Source: an uncultured Muribaculum sp.
Lineage (GTDB): Bacteria > Bacteroidota > Bacteroidia > Bacteroidales > Muribaculaceae
Direction of reading: 5' to 3'
DNA length: 64,000 bases
Assembly (NCBI GenBank): GCA_910587665.1
Contig: CAJUMZ010000012.1
Span: 19,320-83,319, forward strand
The stretch's first letter is position 1. Each line of letters begins with the position of its first letter. Shown in pieces: positions 54,935-64,000 of this stretch. The notes beneath the pieces are model-generated. The model was not told where the DNA came from. It made no database searches and saw only the letters and a list, made by a program, of their open reading frames with translations. A program made the position numbers and the translations under genes.

Positions 54935-56143
54935 ATGAACATAAAGGAAATAATCGAGGGAATTTACTTCGTAGGCGTCAACGACCGCACCACCCATCGC
55001 TTTGAAGCGTTGTGGCCGATCCCGCTCGGTGTAAGCTATAACTCATATATAGTAAAGGGAAAGACAAAGACGGCCCTCATTGACGGAGTTGAGATCAGTG
55101 AATGTGACAAGTTGCGCGACAATATCGAATCTATACTTGGCGCCGGCATAGCACCCGACTACCTGGTAATAAACCATATGGAGCCGGATCATTCCGGATC
55201 GATCAAGGTACTTCGCAGCTTTTTCCCTGAAATGACCATTGTCGGAAATGCCAAGACCCTTGAAATGGTTAAAGGATTTTACGGAATTGACGACAACACC
55301 CGGAAAGTTGCCGACGGTGAAACTATAGATCTTGGAGATGTCAGCCTTACATTCAAGATCACCCCCATGGTTCATTGGCCCGAGACAATGATGACATATG
55401 TAGAAGAAAAAGCAACTATATTTTCAGGGGACGCTTTCGGATGTTTCGGAGCGCTTAACGGCGGCATTGTAGACAGCGAGACAGACATTGAACCTTTTAT
55501 ACCCGAAATGTACCGGTATTATTCCAATATTGTCGGGAAGTACGGAATTTTCGTACAAAAAGCGATTGCAAAGCTATCATCGTTGAAAATAGACTATATC
55601 TGCCCCACCCATGGCCCTGTATGGCATGACGAGATAAGACGTATCGGCTCAATTTATGACAGATTAAGTCGTTATGAAGGAGAAAACGGCGTGACAATCG
55701 TCTACGGCTCGATGTATGGCAACACGGAGGAAATGGCGGAGGTAATAGCCACGCGTCTTGCCGAACGCGGAATAAAAACAATAAAGATGCACAATGTAAG
55801 TAAATCTGACCCGTCTTACATCATAAGCGATATATTCCGATATAAAGGACTTGTAATCGGTGCGCCCACATATTCAAATACTCTTTTCCCGCCGGTAGAA
55901 AGTATATTGAATGCCATAAAGACACGTGAACTCAAAAACCGCGTGATTGGAACATTCGGGTCATATACATGGGCTCCGCAGGCTGTAAAGCGCATCAATC
56001 AAATGCTTGAAGATGCAAAACTGTATACTTCTGATGTCATATCGGTCGAAACGAAGCAAGCGCCCACTGCAGCCACAATAACCGACTGCCGAGCACTTGC
56101 CGATGCTATCGCCAACCAACTGTCAGCCGATGATCCCTCTTGA
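54935..56143 (+). CDS. FprA-family A-type flavodiiron protein (metallo-beta-lactamase + flavodoxin domains)
   Basis: 402 aa. Di-iron motif HMEPDHSG and a C-terminal flavodoxin-like domain (TIVYGSMYGNTEEMA). Confidence 0.9.
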   Translation: MNIKEIIEGIYFVGVNDRTTHRFEALWPIPLGVSYNSYIVKGKTKTALIDGVEISECDKLRDNIESILGAGIAPDYLVINHMEPDHSGSIKVLRSFFPEMTIVGNAKTLEMVKGFYGIDDNTRKVADGETIDLGDVSLTFKITPMVHWPETMMTYVEEKATIFSGDAFGCFGALNGGIVDSETDIEPFIPEMYRYYSNIVGKYGIFVQKAIAKLSSLKIDYICPTHGPVWHDEIRRIGSIYDRLSRYEGENGVTIVYGSMYGNTEEMAEVIATRLAERGIKTIKMHNVSKSDPSYIISDIFRYKGLVIGAPTYSNTLFPPVESILNAIKTRELKNRVIGTFGSYTWAPQAVKRINQMLEDAKLYTSDVISVETKQAPTAATITDCRALADAIANQLSADDPS

Positions 56144-56711
56144 ATATCACCCCTTCGAGCCATATACCCCGCCAAACGCCAAAATACTTATCATGGGGAC
56201 ATTTCCCCCGAAAAAAGAGCGTTGGTCAATGGATTTTTATTATCCTAACCGGATAAATGACTTCTGGAGGATAATGGGCATAATTTTCTATGGAGACAAG
56301 GATTATCTTTATGACTCGGATACGCGCACATTCAAGCTTCCACTCATAAAAGCGATGCTCGATGAAAAGGGCATCGCCCTAAATGATACGGGGCATGCGG
56401 TAAGACGTCTCAAGGATAATGCCTCCGACAAGTACCTTGAGATAATAGAGCCTGTGCCGCTGATGGATGTACTTGCCAGAATTCCGCAGTGCCGTGCACT
56501 CGCCACAACCGGAGAAAAAGCAGGCGAGACACTTGCTTCCATCACCGATACGGTATCGCCCAAAATCGGGGAATCGGTTTTCACAAGATTGAGTGACGGA
56601 CGTGAAGTGGAGATATTCAGAATGCCTTCTACTTCGCGAGCCTATCCGCTTTCTATTGACAAAAAAGCGGCTTATTATGCAAAAATGCTGCATCAAATAG
56701 GAATCTTTTAG
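56130..56711 (+). CDS. uracil-DNA glycosylase superfamily protein (DNA-deoxyinosine/hypoxanthine glycosylase-like)
   Basis: HPFEPYTPPNAKILIMGTFPP...YYPNRINDFWRIMG...MPSTSRA pattern. The start is ambiguous (TTG 56097, ATG 56103 or ATG 56130). All options overlap the fprA 3' end. Confidence 0.65.
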   Translation: MIPLEYHPFEPYTPPNAKILIMGTFPPKKERWSMDFYYPNRINDFWRIMGIIFYGDKDYLYDSDTRTFKLPLIKAMLDEKGIALNDTGHAVRRLKDNASDKYLEIIEPVPLMDVLARIPQCRALATTGEKAGETLASITDTVSPKIGESVFTRLSDGREVEIFRMPSTSRAYPLSIDKKAAYYAKMLHQIGIF

Positions 56712-56753
56712 GATTTTCTTGATGAGAAAATTGCTTTTTAAGAGTTTATTGAC

Positions 56754-56761
56754 TAATTTTG
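56754..56761 (+). promoter_or_regulatory. -7 box TAATTTTG for the DedA gene
   Basis: Exact TAnnTTTG, 29 nt upstream of the ATG at 56790. Confidence 0.45.
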
Positions 56762-56789
56762 AAACGAAATTTTGCCTGTAAAAAAGGAT

Positions 56790-57476
56790 ATGTTTGACTT
56801 GATTACACTTGCTATATTTGATCCCGCCGATATCATGAAGCAATTTCTGACAGCCGACGGGGCAACGGTATATCTGCTTGTATTCTTATTTATGATAATC
56901 GAGAGTTCATTTATCCCTTTCCCTTCGGAAGTGATAGTGCCCCCGGCAGCATATCTTGCATGTACCAAAGGCGACGTCAACATTGTCGCAGTAGTCCTTA
57001 TCGCCACTGCGGGAGCAATTGCAGGTGCCCTCATTAACTATTATCTCTCTGTATGGATAGGTCGACCGATCGTATATAAATTTGCCAACAGCCGCTTCGG
57101 TCATGCGTGTCTCATTAACGAGACAAAAGTCAGAAATGCGGAAGAGTATTTTGACCGTCACGGAGCCATATCGACATTTATAGGCCGGCTTATCCCTGCG
57201 GTGAGGCAACTGATATCAATACCGGCGGGACTCGCAAGAATGAATATCGGTAAATTCATAATATTCACCGGACTCGGTGCGATGGTTTGGAACTGTGTGC
57301 TTGCCGCACTTGGATACTGGCTCGGCACTATAGTCCCTCAAGAGCAACTATTTGCCAAGGTCGAGGAGTATAATGAATACCTAACCTATATCGGACTTGG
57401 CATAGGCGTAGCATGCCTGCTTTACATACTCTATAATTTTTTTAAGCCCAAGAAACCGGCAAATCCAACAGTATAA
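56790..57476 (+). CDS. DedA family membrane protein
   Basis: SNARE-associated/DedA motifs (ESSFIPFPSEVIVPPAAY, GRLIPAVRQLISIPAG). I prefer the ATG at 56790 over the TTG at 56772. Confidence 0.88.
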   Translation: MFDLITLAIFDPADIMKQFLTADGATVYLLVFLFMIIESSFIPFPSEVIVPPAAYLACTKGDVNIVAVVLIATAGAIAGALINYYLSVWIGRPIVYKFANSRFGHACLINETKVRNAEEYFDRHGAISTFIGRLIPAVRQLISIPAGLARMNIGKFIIFTGLGAMVWNCVLAALGYWLGTIVPQEQLFAKVEEYNEYLTYIGLGIGVACLLYILYNFFKPKKPANPTV

Positions 57477-57500
57477 CCAATCTACACAATATATATCATC

Positions 57501-58145
57501 ATGCTCGTAGCACCATCACTTCTTTCATCCGACTTCGGCAATCTCCAAAATGAGATTGAAATGCTTAATTCAAGTGAAGCAGATTATCTGCATCTTGACA
57601 TTATGGACGGAGTATTTGTTCCAAACATAACATTTGGTTTCCCGGTCATAAAAGCGATCAATGCCGTGTCGACAATTCCTATCGACGCTCATCTCATGAT
57701 AGTCGAGCCTCAGAAATATATCTCACAAATAAGAGACTGCGGAGCAGAAATAACAACGGTTCATGTTGAGGCTTGCACCCACATATACCGTGTCGTGCAG
57801 CTTATCCGTCAAGCCGGAATGAAAGTTGGTGTAGCAATCAACCCCGGAACTCCGGTATCTGCACTCGAAGATGTGATTACCGATGTTGACCTTGTGTTGA
57901 TGATGTCGGTTAATCCCGGATTCGGAGGACAGTCATTCATAAAAAACACGCTTCCCAAAGTCGCTCGTCTGAAAAAACTTATAACTGAATCGGATTCTCA
58001 TGCCATCATATCGGTAGACGGAGGCATCAACGCCCATACCGGTGCTTTGCTGTCACAATACGGCATAGACATGCTTGTAGCAGGAAGCTATGTATTTAAC
58101 GCTCCGGATCCGCATCACGCAATCCGTACCCTGAAGTCTCTTTAA
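57501..58145 (+). CDS. rpe: ribulose-phosphate 3-epimerase
   Basis: 214 aa. PSLLSSDF..LHLDIMDG.FVPN, MSVNPGFGGQSF, VDGGI motifs. Confidence 0.95.
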   Translation: MLVAPSLLSSDFGNLQNEIEMLNSSEADYLHLDIMDGVFVPNITFGFPVIKAINAVSTIPIDAHLMIVEPQKYISQIRDCGAEITTVHVEACTHIYRVVQLIRQAGMKVGVAINPGTPVSALEDVITDVDLVLMMSVNPGFGGQSFIKNTLPKVARLKKLITESDSHAIISVDGGINAHTGALLSQYGIDMLVAGSYVFNAPDPHHAIRTLKSL

Positions 58146-58200
58146 CGATTATTCACCATTCTGTTTCATCAGGGATCTTGAAAAAGACCTCGGGTTATCG

Positions 58201-58236
58201 TATCTTTGTAGTTACATTTTTATAATGTAACTACAA
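58201..58236 (+). promoter_or_regulatory. -7 box TATCTTTG (58201-58208) overlapped by a 12-bp perfect palindrome upstream of ftsK
   Basis: ttgtagttacat (58206-58217) and atgtaactacaa (58225-58236) are exact reverse complements separated by 7 nt. The ftsK ATG is at 58276. Confidence 0.45.
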
Positions 58237-58275
58237 TCATTTTTATACCTGCAATAAGCAATCATACTATACATT

Positions 58276-60900
58276 ATGTCCTATAATTTTGATCCCGATG
58301 CACTTGACCGAGAATATGCCCGTCGCCAGGCGGAAAGCAACAAGGCTGGCACACCTGACCAACAAGCACCCAAACCGCGTGCGACAGCCAATAAACCCAA
58401 GAAAAATAGCATAAAGCAACCAATAGCCTTAATAAGATTCTTTAAGGACAGGCGTACTAAGATGTTTGCCGGTATAGCGCTTGTGCTGTGGTCGGCATAT
58501 CTGCTTGTGTCGGCTGTCTCATACTTTGCGACAGGCAGCGACGATCAAAGTATCGTTATAAACAACACTGTAGGCAAGATGGCTGAAAATCCGTCGGATG
58601 TAGAAAATTTCGGTGGCGCTTTCGGTGCTTACCTGTCACAAAATTTTATATCCAATGGTCTTGGCATAGGATCATTTGTGTTGATTTATTATTTCTTTGC
58701 GGTAGGCATGTCGTTGCTTAACCGACATAAGAAGCTGTCTTTCTGGTTTCTCACGATGAGATGTCTTATTCTCGCAATAACAATGTCGGTCGTGACCGGA
58801 CTTGTGACATATAAAGCTGACTCATGGTTCTATTGGGGCGGCGTACACGGATATGAAGTAAACAGTTACTTGATAGCCCACACAGGTGTGTTCGGGGCGA
58901 TGATGGTAAGTATTTTGCTTATCGGGCTTGTGATGTCAATTTATCTCAATGAACTGCGTAAGGTATATGTGGCCTATCGACGAAGAGTCAACAGGCATCG
59001 CGCAAAGGTTGCCGCCGAACGTGCCGCCAAGGAGGAAGAGCGCAGGAAGATCGAGCAGACATTGAAAGAATCGGCCGATATGGTTGACGGCAAGCAACAG
59101 GAAGACCCCAATGATAATGAAAATGCAGGCGAGGAAGTTGCTCCGGCACGAATATATGTAGATGATTCGCTTGACGCCCTTATGGATGGCGAAGAGGAGG
59201 ATTATGTAACGGAAACACACCGGGAATCGCCTGTAGCGACAAATGGAGTTACAGTTACACCCCAGGATAAGGTACACGAGCCTGAAACCACAGAGAATAA
59301 TGCTGTTATATTAGAAGAAGAACCCGTCGCTGCTCAGGAAGAAGTAGGGCTTACGGTAAACGTAAACAGCGTTGAAAAAGCGGAATCTATTGAAACCAAC
59401 GTATATGATCCGACTGCCGAACTGCCAAGATTTCACTTCCCTCCGATAGAATTGCTGTCAGAGATGAAAAACGACAATGTCAGTGTAGACGAGCAGGAAA
59501 TGGAGGAAAACAAGCAGCGTATAACCGCCACGCTCTCCAACTATGGCATATCTATAAATTCAATCGAAGCGACTGTCGGACCGACAGTCACCCTATATAA
59601 AATCATACCGACCGAAGGTACCAGAATTTCTAAAATAAAGGGACTTGAAGATGATATCGCCCTTAACCTTGCCGCGCTTGGCATACGTATCATTGCCCCC
59701 ATACCCGGTGAAGGAGCCATAGGTATCGAAGTGCCGAACAAAGACCCTCAGATGGTGCCGATGCGCTCAATCATTACATCAAAGAAATTTCAGGAATGTC
59801 GCTACGAGCTCCCGATGGCGATGGGTCTTACCATCTCCAAGGATGTTCTGATTGCCGATCTCGCCAAAATGCCTCACGTTCTTGTCGCAGGAGCTACAGG
59901 CCAGGGTAAATCTGTCGGACTCAATGCAATAATCACATCTCTGCTATATAAGAAGCATCCGTCGGAGCTTAAATTTGTGCTTGTCGACCCCAAAAAGGTA
60001 GAGTTCAGCCTTTACGCTCGTCTTGAACGCCATTACCTTGCCAAACTACCTGACGAGGAGGAGCCGATAATCACTAATACATCAAAGGTTGTAGCTACGC
60101 TTAACTCCCTTTGTGTCGAGATGGACAACCGCTACGCTTTGCTGAAAGACGCTAATGTCAGAAACATCAAGGAGTATAATGCGAAGTTTATCCAACGTCG
60201 CCTCAATCCGGAAAAAGGTCACCGCTTCCTACCCTACATCGTGATAATAATCGATGAGTTTGGCGACTTGATGATCACAGCAGGAAAGGAAGTCGAGACT
60301 CCGATCACGCGTATCGCACAACTGGCGCGAGCAGTCGGCATGCATATGATTCTTGCGACCCAGCGCCCGTCGACCAATGTGATCACAGGTATCATCAAGG
60401 CAAACTTCCCCGGTCGTATCGCATTCCGTGTATCACAGATGGTAGACAGCCGCACTATCCTTGACCGTCCGGGAGCCAACCAGCTTATCGGTAAAGGAGA
60501 CATGCTTTTCTCTCACAATGGTGAAATGGATCGTGTGCAATGTGCATTTATCAGCACGGAAGAAGCCGAGGCCATATGCGACTCAATTGACGAACAAGTG
60601 GGCTATCCTTCAGCTTACTATCTGCCTGATTATATACCGGAGGCCGACGGTGCAGGGTCGATCGGCTCGATTAACGATCTCGACCCGCTGTTTAAAGAGG
60701 CGGCACAATTTGTGGTAAGCAGCAACACTGCTTCCACATCGTCGCTACAACGCCGCTACTCAATAGGCTATAACCGCGCAGGCAAAATAATGGACCAGCT
60801 TGAGGCAAAAGGAATTGTAGGTCCTGCATCGGGAGCAAAGCCGCGCAATGTGCTTGTAGACTCACTGACGCTTGAGCGTATGCTGGAAAATGAACAATAA
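58276..60900 (+). CDS. ftsK: DNA translocase FtsK/SpoIIIE
   Basis: 874 aa. N-terminal TM segments, an acidic linker, a motor domain with Walker A GATGQGKSV, and a C-terminal gamma (winged-helix) domain (STSSLQRRYSIGYNRAGKIMDQLE). Confidence 0.95.
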   Translation: MSYNFDPDALDREYARRQAESNKAGTPDQQAPKPRATANKPKKNSIKQPIALIRFFKDRRTKMFAGIALVLWSAYLLVSAVSYFATGSDDQSIVINNTVGKMAENPSDVENFGGAFGAYLSQNFISNGLGIGSFVLIYYFFAVGMSLLNRHKKLSFWFLTMRCLILAITMSVVTGLVTYKADSWFYWGGVHGYEVNSYLIAHTGVFGAMMVSILLIGLVMSIYLNELRKVYVAYRRRVNRHRAKVAAERAAKEEERRKIEQTLKESADMVDGKQQEDPNDNENAGEEVAPARIYVDDSLDALMDGEEEDYVTETHRESPVATNGVTVTPQDKVHEPETTENNAVILEEEPVAAQEEVGLTVNVNSVEKAESIETNVYDPTAELPRFHFPPIELLSEMKNDNVSVDEQEMEENKQRITATLSNYGISINSIEATVGPTVTLYKIIPTEGTRISKIKGLEDDIALNLAALGIRIIAPIPGEGAIGIEVPNKDPQMVPMRSIITSKKFQECRYELPMAMGLTISKDVLIADLAKMPHVLVAGATGQGKSVGLNAIITSLLYKKHPSELKFVLVDPKKVEFSLYARLERHYLAKLPDEEEPIITNTSKVVATLNSLCVEMDNRYALLKDANVRNIKEYNAKFIQRRLNPEKGHRFLPYIVIIIDEFGDLMITAGKEVETPITRIAQLARAVGMHMILATQRPSTNVITGIIKANFPGRIAFRVSQMVDSRTILDRPGANQLIGKGDMLFSHNGEMDRVQCAFISTEEAEAICDSIDEQVGYPSAYYLPDYIPEADGAGSIGSINDLDPLFKEAAQFVVSSNTASTSSLQRRYSIGYNRAGKIMDQLEAKGIVGPASGAKPRNVLVDSLTLERMLENEQ

Positions 60901-60926
60901 CCGCCGGTATGACATTCTAATATATC

Positions 60927-61541
60927 ATGAAGAGAATATTATTTTTAATAGCATCATTCATATTTGCCGTAGCTTCATTCGCACAAGCGATGAGTGCTTC
61001 GCAAGTAATGGACTCTGCGGCAAAGAAGATACGCTCTATGAAGTCGGTGTCGGCTACATATGACATGACGGTTGACTCCGAACATATGTCAGGCACACTT
61101 GTAATGAGCGCTGATAAATTTCATCTCAGCTCCGACCAGATAATGGCGTGGTATGACGGAAAGACACAATGGAGCTACTCGGCCGACACAAATGAGGTCA
61201 ATATAATTGAGCCGACTCCCGAGGAGCTTGTGGCGATCAATCCGTTTGTGATTATAAGCAGTTTCAAAAAGTCGTATAAACCTGTACTGCTTAAATCAGA
61301 ATCAGGCACGTATAAAATACGCCTAACCCCTATCTCGCCGAAAGGCGCGCAGATTACCGAGGCGGTGATCACTCTTAACGCCAAAAGCTTTCTGCCGTCA
61401 TATATATCAATCACTCTTGATTCAGGCAATAAGCTAAATATCAAGGTGAAGTCAATCAAAACAGGGGTAAACTATCCCCACTCCACTTTTGTTTTTAATA
61501 AGAAAATGTTGCCTAAGGCTGAAATAGTCGATCTAAGGTAA
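60927..61541 (+). CDS. LolA-like outer-membrane lipoprotein carrier/chaperone family protein
   Basis: 204 aa with a signal peptide. It occupies the position immediately after ftsK that is typical for lolA, and its size and beta-rich content fit the LolA fold. Confidence 0.7.
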   Translation: MKRILFLIASFIFAVASFAQAMSASQVMDSAAKKIRSMKSVSATYDMTVDSEHMSGTLVMSADKFHLSSDQIMAWYDGKTQWSYSADTNEVNIIEPTPEELVAINPFVIISSFKKSYKPVLLKSESGTYKIRLTPISPKGAQITEAVITLNAKSFLPSYISITLDSGNKLNIKVKSIKTGVNYPHSTFVFNKKMLPKAEIVDLR

Positions 61542-61577
61542 CACCTGTAATAGCATAACCTAAATTCAAATACAAAT

Positions 61578-62519
61578 ATGGCTACTGAAAATACGAAATG
61601 TCTTATCATCGGGTCGGGTCCCGCAGGATATACTGCGGCTATTTATGCGTCAAGGGCAAATATCTCTCCGATCCTGTATGAGGGCATACAACCGGGAGGT
61701 CAGCTTACCACAACCTCCGAAGTAGAGAATTTCCCCGGATATCCGGAGGGCGTAATGGGCGCACAACTGATGGAAGACCTGCGCAAGCAGGCATCACGGT
61801 TTGGCGCTGATATACGTACCGGCATAATAAACGAAGTTGACTTTACCCAACGGCCGTTTACGGTCACGGCAGATGACGGCACAACAATTGTTGCCGAAAC
61901 CGTGATTGTCGCTACCGGAGCTTCGGCAAAATACCTTGGTCTGCCAGACGAACAGCGTTTTGCCGGACTTGGTGTATCGGCATGCGCGACCTGCGACGGC
62001 TTTTTTTACCGAGGCAGGACCGTGGCTGTCGTAGGAGGCGGCGACACAGCATGCGAAGAAGCCCTTTACCTTAGCGGACTTGCCAAGCAGGTGTATCTGA
62101 TAGTGCGCAAAGATTTCCTTCGCGCATCAAAGGTGATGCAGCAGCGCGTCATGGATAAGGACAATATAAAGGTACTGTTCAACACAAATACTCTCGGCCT
62201 GTTTGGCAACGAATTTCTGGAGGGGGCTCATCTTGTCGAGTTTGCAGGCACAGACAAAGAGCGTAAATTTGACGTGAATATCGACGGATTTTTCCTTGCC
62301 ATAGGTCATAAGCCGAATACTGACATATTCAAAGGCAAGCTTGATCTTGACGAACAAGGCTATATTGTGCTTGCGGGCAAAGATCAGTCAACAAGCGTTC
62401 CGGGCGTGTTTGCCGCAGGAGATGTTGCTGACTCCCATTATCAGCAGGCAATCACGGCGGCAGGCACAGGATGTCGCGCCGCACTTGATGTAGAGCATTT
62501 CCTTATGGAGCATCAATAA
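61578..62519 (+). CDS. trxB: thioredoxin-disulfide reductase
   Basis: 313 aa. FAD motif IIGSGPAGYTAA, redox-active CATCDG and NADPH motif VVGGGDTA. Confidence 0.96.
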   Translation: MATENTKCLIIGSGPAGYTAAIYASRANISPILYEGIQPGGQLTTTSEVENFPGYPEGVMGAQLMEDLRKQASRFGADIRTGIINEVDFTQRPFTVTADDGTTIVAETVIVATGASAKYLGLPDEQRFAGLGVSACATCDGFFYRGRTVAVVGGGDTACEEALYLSGLAKQVYLIVRKDFLRASKVMQQRVMDKDNIKVLFNTNTLGLFGNEFLEGAHLVEFAGTDKERKFDVNIDGFFLAIGHKPNTDIFKGKLDLDEQGYIVLAGKDQSTSVPGVFAAGDVADSHYQQAITAAGTGCRAALDVEHFLMEHQ

Positions 62520-62546
62520 GCACCCTTATTAATTATTTGATATACA

Positions 62547-62576
62547 AAAGGCGGTCCCCGTGCGGAGATCGCCTTT
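62547..62576. terminator. bidirectional terminator between convergent trxB and the pullulanase gene
   Basis: Stem aaaggcg (62547-62553) pairs with cgccttt (62570-62576), with A/T runs on both flanks. Confidence 0.7.
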
Positions 62577-62596
62577 ATTCGTCTAAGTAAAGTAGA

Positions 62597-64000
62597 TTAC
62601 TTTTCTTTAGCAAGGATAAGTGCGGAGCGAGGCTCGATCATCACCTTACCGCCGTTCATCTTACCCATTCCATCTGCCGCAATCTTTCCGTCGCGGGCTA
62701 CGACAAGCCACTCGCCACCGGGTATTTTTACCGTCTTAGCCTCATTGCTGCCGTTAAATATAACCTTTATCTCTTTCCATGTATCACCATTGGCATTGTC
62801 TTTCAGTGAGTAAGAGATAAGATTAGGTTCGCTAACTTTATCAAACACAAGGTGCTTGGCGACATCGGCTGCAGTTGTCATACGGAATGCAGGATGTGAC
62901 TTGCGCAGCTTTATAAGTTCCTTATAATAGTTGAACAGCTCTGCATTTTCTTTTTTGAGAGTCCAATCGATTGCATTTATTGAGTCAGGCGACTTATAAG
63001 AATTGTGCACACCCTTTTTGTCGCGGAATATCTCTTCCCCGGCAAAAAGGAACGGAGTACCCTGCGAGGTAAACACAATCGTCTGTGCAAGTTTGTGGGC
63101 ACGCTGACGATCAGCGACATTCTCTTCGGGGAGCGACTTGACAAGCTTGTCGGTAAGCATCAAGTCATCATGACATGACACATAGTTAATGACCTGCGTG
63201 GGAGCGAGAGCATAAGGCTTCTTCGAGTTATTGCCCTTGCTGTAGTCGACCTGCGGATGAGCAGTCGCTCCTACGATGCCGATCTTAACCGTTTCTTCAA
63301 GTCCGGGCTTCCCGGTGGCGAAGCCTCGGTCTTTTTCATCGGTATAATGACCCTTGACAGCATCGCGTATGTCGTCACTGAACACAGCAACTTGAGGCAT
63401 TGCCGATACATTGTCCTTAAGGGCACGTCGTTCAACAGGAAGTGGCGAGTCTCCGGCTGTCCAGCCCTCACCATATACAAAAATGTCAGGATTGATCTTT
63501 TTTAGTTCCGACACCACCTGATTCATGGTCTCAGTGTCATGAATAGCCATAAGGTCAAAGCGGAATCCATCTATATGGTACTCCTTAGCCCAATATTTCA
63601 CTGAGTTTATGATAAAATCGCGCATCTGCTGACGCTCTGACGCGGTCTCGTTTCCACAACCTGAGGCATCACTATAACTGCCGTCGGCACGGTGACGGTA
63701 ATAATATCCGGGAGCGGTGAGCGAGAAATTGGAGTCATCGTTCTGGGCAGTGTGGTTATATACGACATCCATCACAACGCCTATTCCGGCATCATGGAGT
63801 GATTTAACCATCTCCTTCATCTCACGTATCCTCACTTCCGGATCGACCGGATTGGTGGAATAGCTTCCTTCAGGGGCGTTGTAGTTTAGAGGGTCGTACC
63901 CCCAGTTATAACCATTGCTTGGCAACTGTGTCTCATCAATACTGTTGTAATCATAGGAAGGGAGAATGTGTACATGTGTCACACCAAGCTCCTTCAAATG
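62597..64000 (-). CDS. pulA: GH13 type I pullulanase-like alpha-glucan debranching enzyme, C-terminal ~467 aa (5' end beyond window)
   Basis: The frame is open to nt 64000. GH13 conserved regions are present: VVYNHT, IDGFRFDLMAI, VYGEGW, YVSCHDD. Also YNWGYDPLNYNAPEGSYS. Confidence 0.9.
   Translation of the reverse strand, partial: HLKELGVTHVHILPSYDYNSIDETQLPSNGYNWGYDPLNYNAPEGSYSTNPVDPEVRIREMKEMVKSLHDAGIGVVMDVVYNHTAQNDDSNFSLTAPGYYYRHRADGSYSDASGCGNETASERQQMRDFIINSVKYWAKEYHIDGFRFDLMAIHDTETMNQVVSELKKINPDIFVYGEGWTAGDSPLPVERRALKDNVSAMPQVAVFSDDIRDAVKGHYTDEKDRGFATGKPGLEETVKIGIVGATAHPQVDYSKGNNSKKPYALAPTQVINYVSCHDDLMLTDKLVKSLPEENVADRQRAHKLAQTIVFTSQGTPFLFAGEEIFRDKKGVHNSYKSPDSINAIDWTLKKENAELFNYYKELIKLRKSHPAFRMTTAADVAKHLVFDKVSEPNLISYSLKDNANGDTWKEIKVIFNGSNEAKTVKIPGGEWLVVARDGKIAADGMGKMNGGKVMIEPRSALILAKEK

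Noticed and set aside
1-64000. I looked for CRISPR arrays, rRNA genes, reverse transcriptase/retron or DGR modules, restriction-modification systems and other recognisable defence systems.
   Set aside because: I noticed no regularly spaced direct repeats of 25-40 bp. No rRNA-like sequence is present, and no ORF carries RT, Cas, methyltransferase/endonuclease, STAND/AAA-nuclease or similar motifs. The only toxin-antitoxin trace is the truncated remnant at 18485-18710.

Overview
The window looks like a Bacteroidales chromosome segment. Supporting signs are recurrent TAnnTTTG -7 promoter boxes, a UpxY-led capsule operon, a TamL-type Omp85 lipoprotein, a DUF5686 protein and a Rho with a very long low-complexity insert. 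About 80% is ordinary housekeeping: tgt, lptF/G-like, rho, trxA, dapA, recR, fldA, queD/queE, rlmD, ppdK, hppA, efp, fprA, rpe, ftsK, lolA-like, trxB, and several glycoside hydrolases (two GH3, a partial GH13 pullulanase, one very large GH28-GH105 fusion). There are three accessory patches. (1) An AT-rich Wzx/Wzy capsule or O-antigen cassette at about 18.5-29.1 kb sits behind a GC-rich upxY. It has a frameshifted glycosyltransferase, an orphan membrane/coiled-coil protein and a truncated toxin-antitoxin remnant at its distal edge. (2) An IS graveyard at 35.1-38.1 kb holds an intact ISAs1-family element plus a chimeric ISL3::IS1182 transposase wreck. (3) A decayed integrative patch at 47.3-48.7 kb lies next to tRNA-Ser(GGA) and contains an integrase remnant, an AT-rich sanA-like gene and an ISL3 tail. 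The best-supported unannotated structures seen directly in the DNA are: a 278-bp MITE-like insertion with perfect 21-bp terminal inverted repeats and a perfect 10-bp target duplication between trxA and dapA; a strict 9-bp-periodic array of 13 units, ending in a G-quadruplex-type run, filling the gap between an MFS gene and the capsule promoter; and a promoter-to-terminator unit with a long-range helix (candidate structured RNA) upstream of the PepSY-like gene. I did not find a convincing novel multi-gene system such as a defence island. The items below are candidates, and all homology calls come from motif recognition by eye, not database searches. Hand-derived coordinates for small features could be off by 1 nt.
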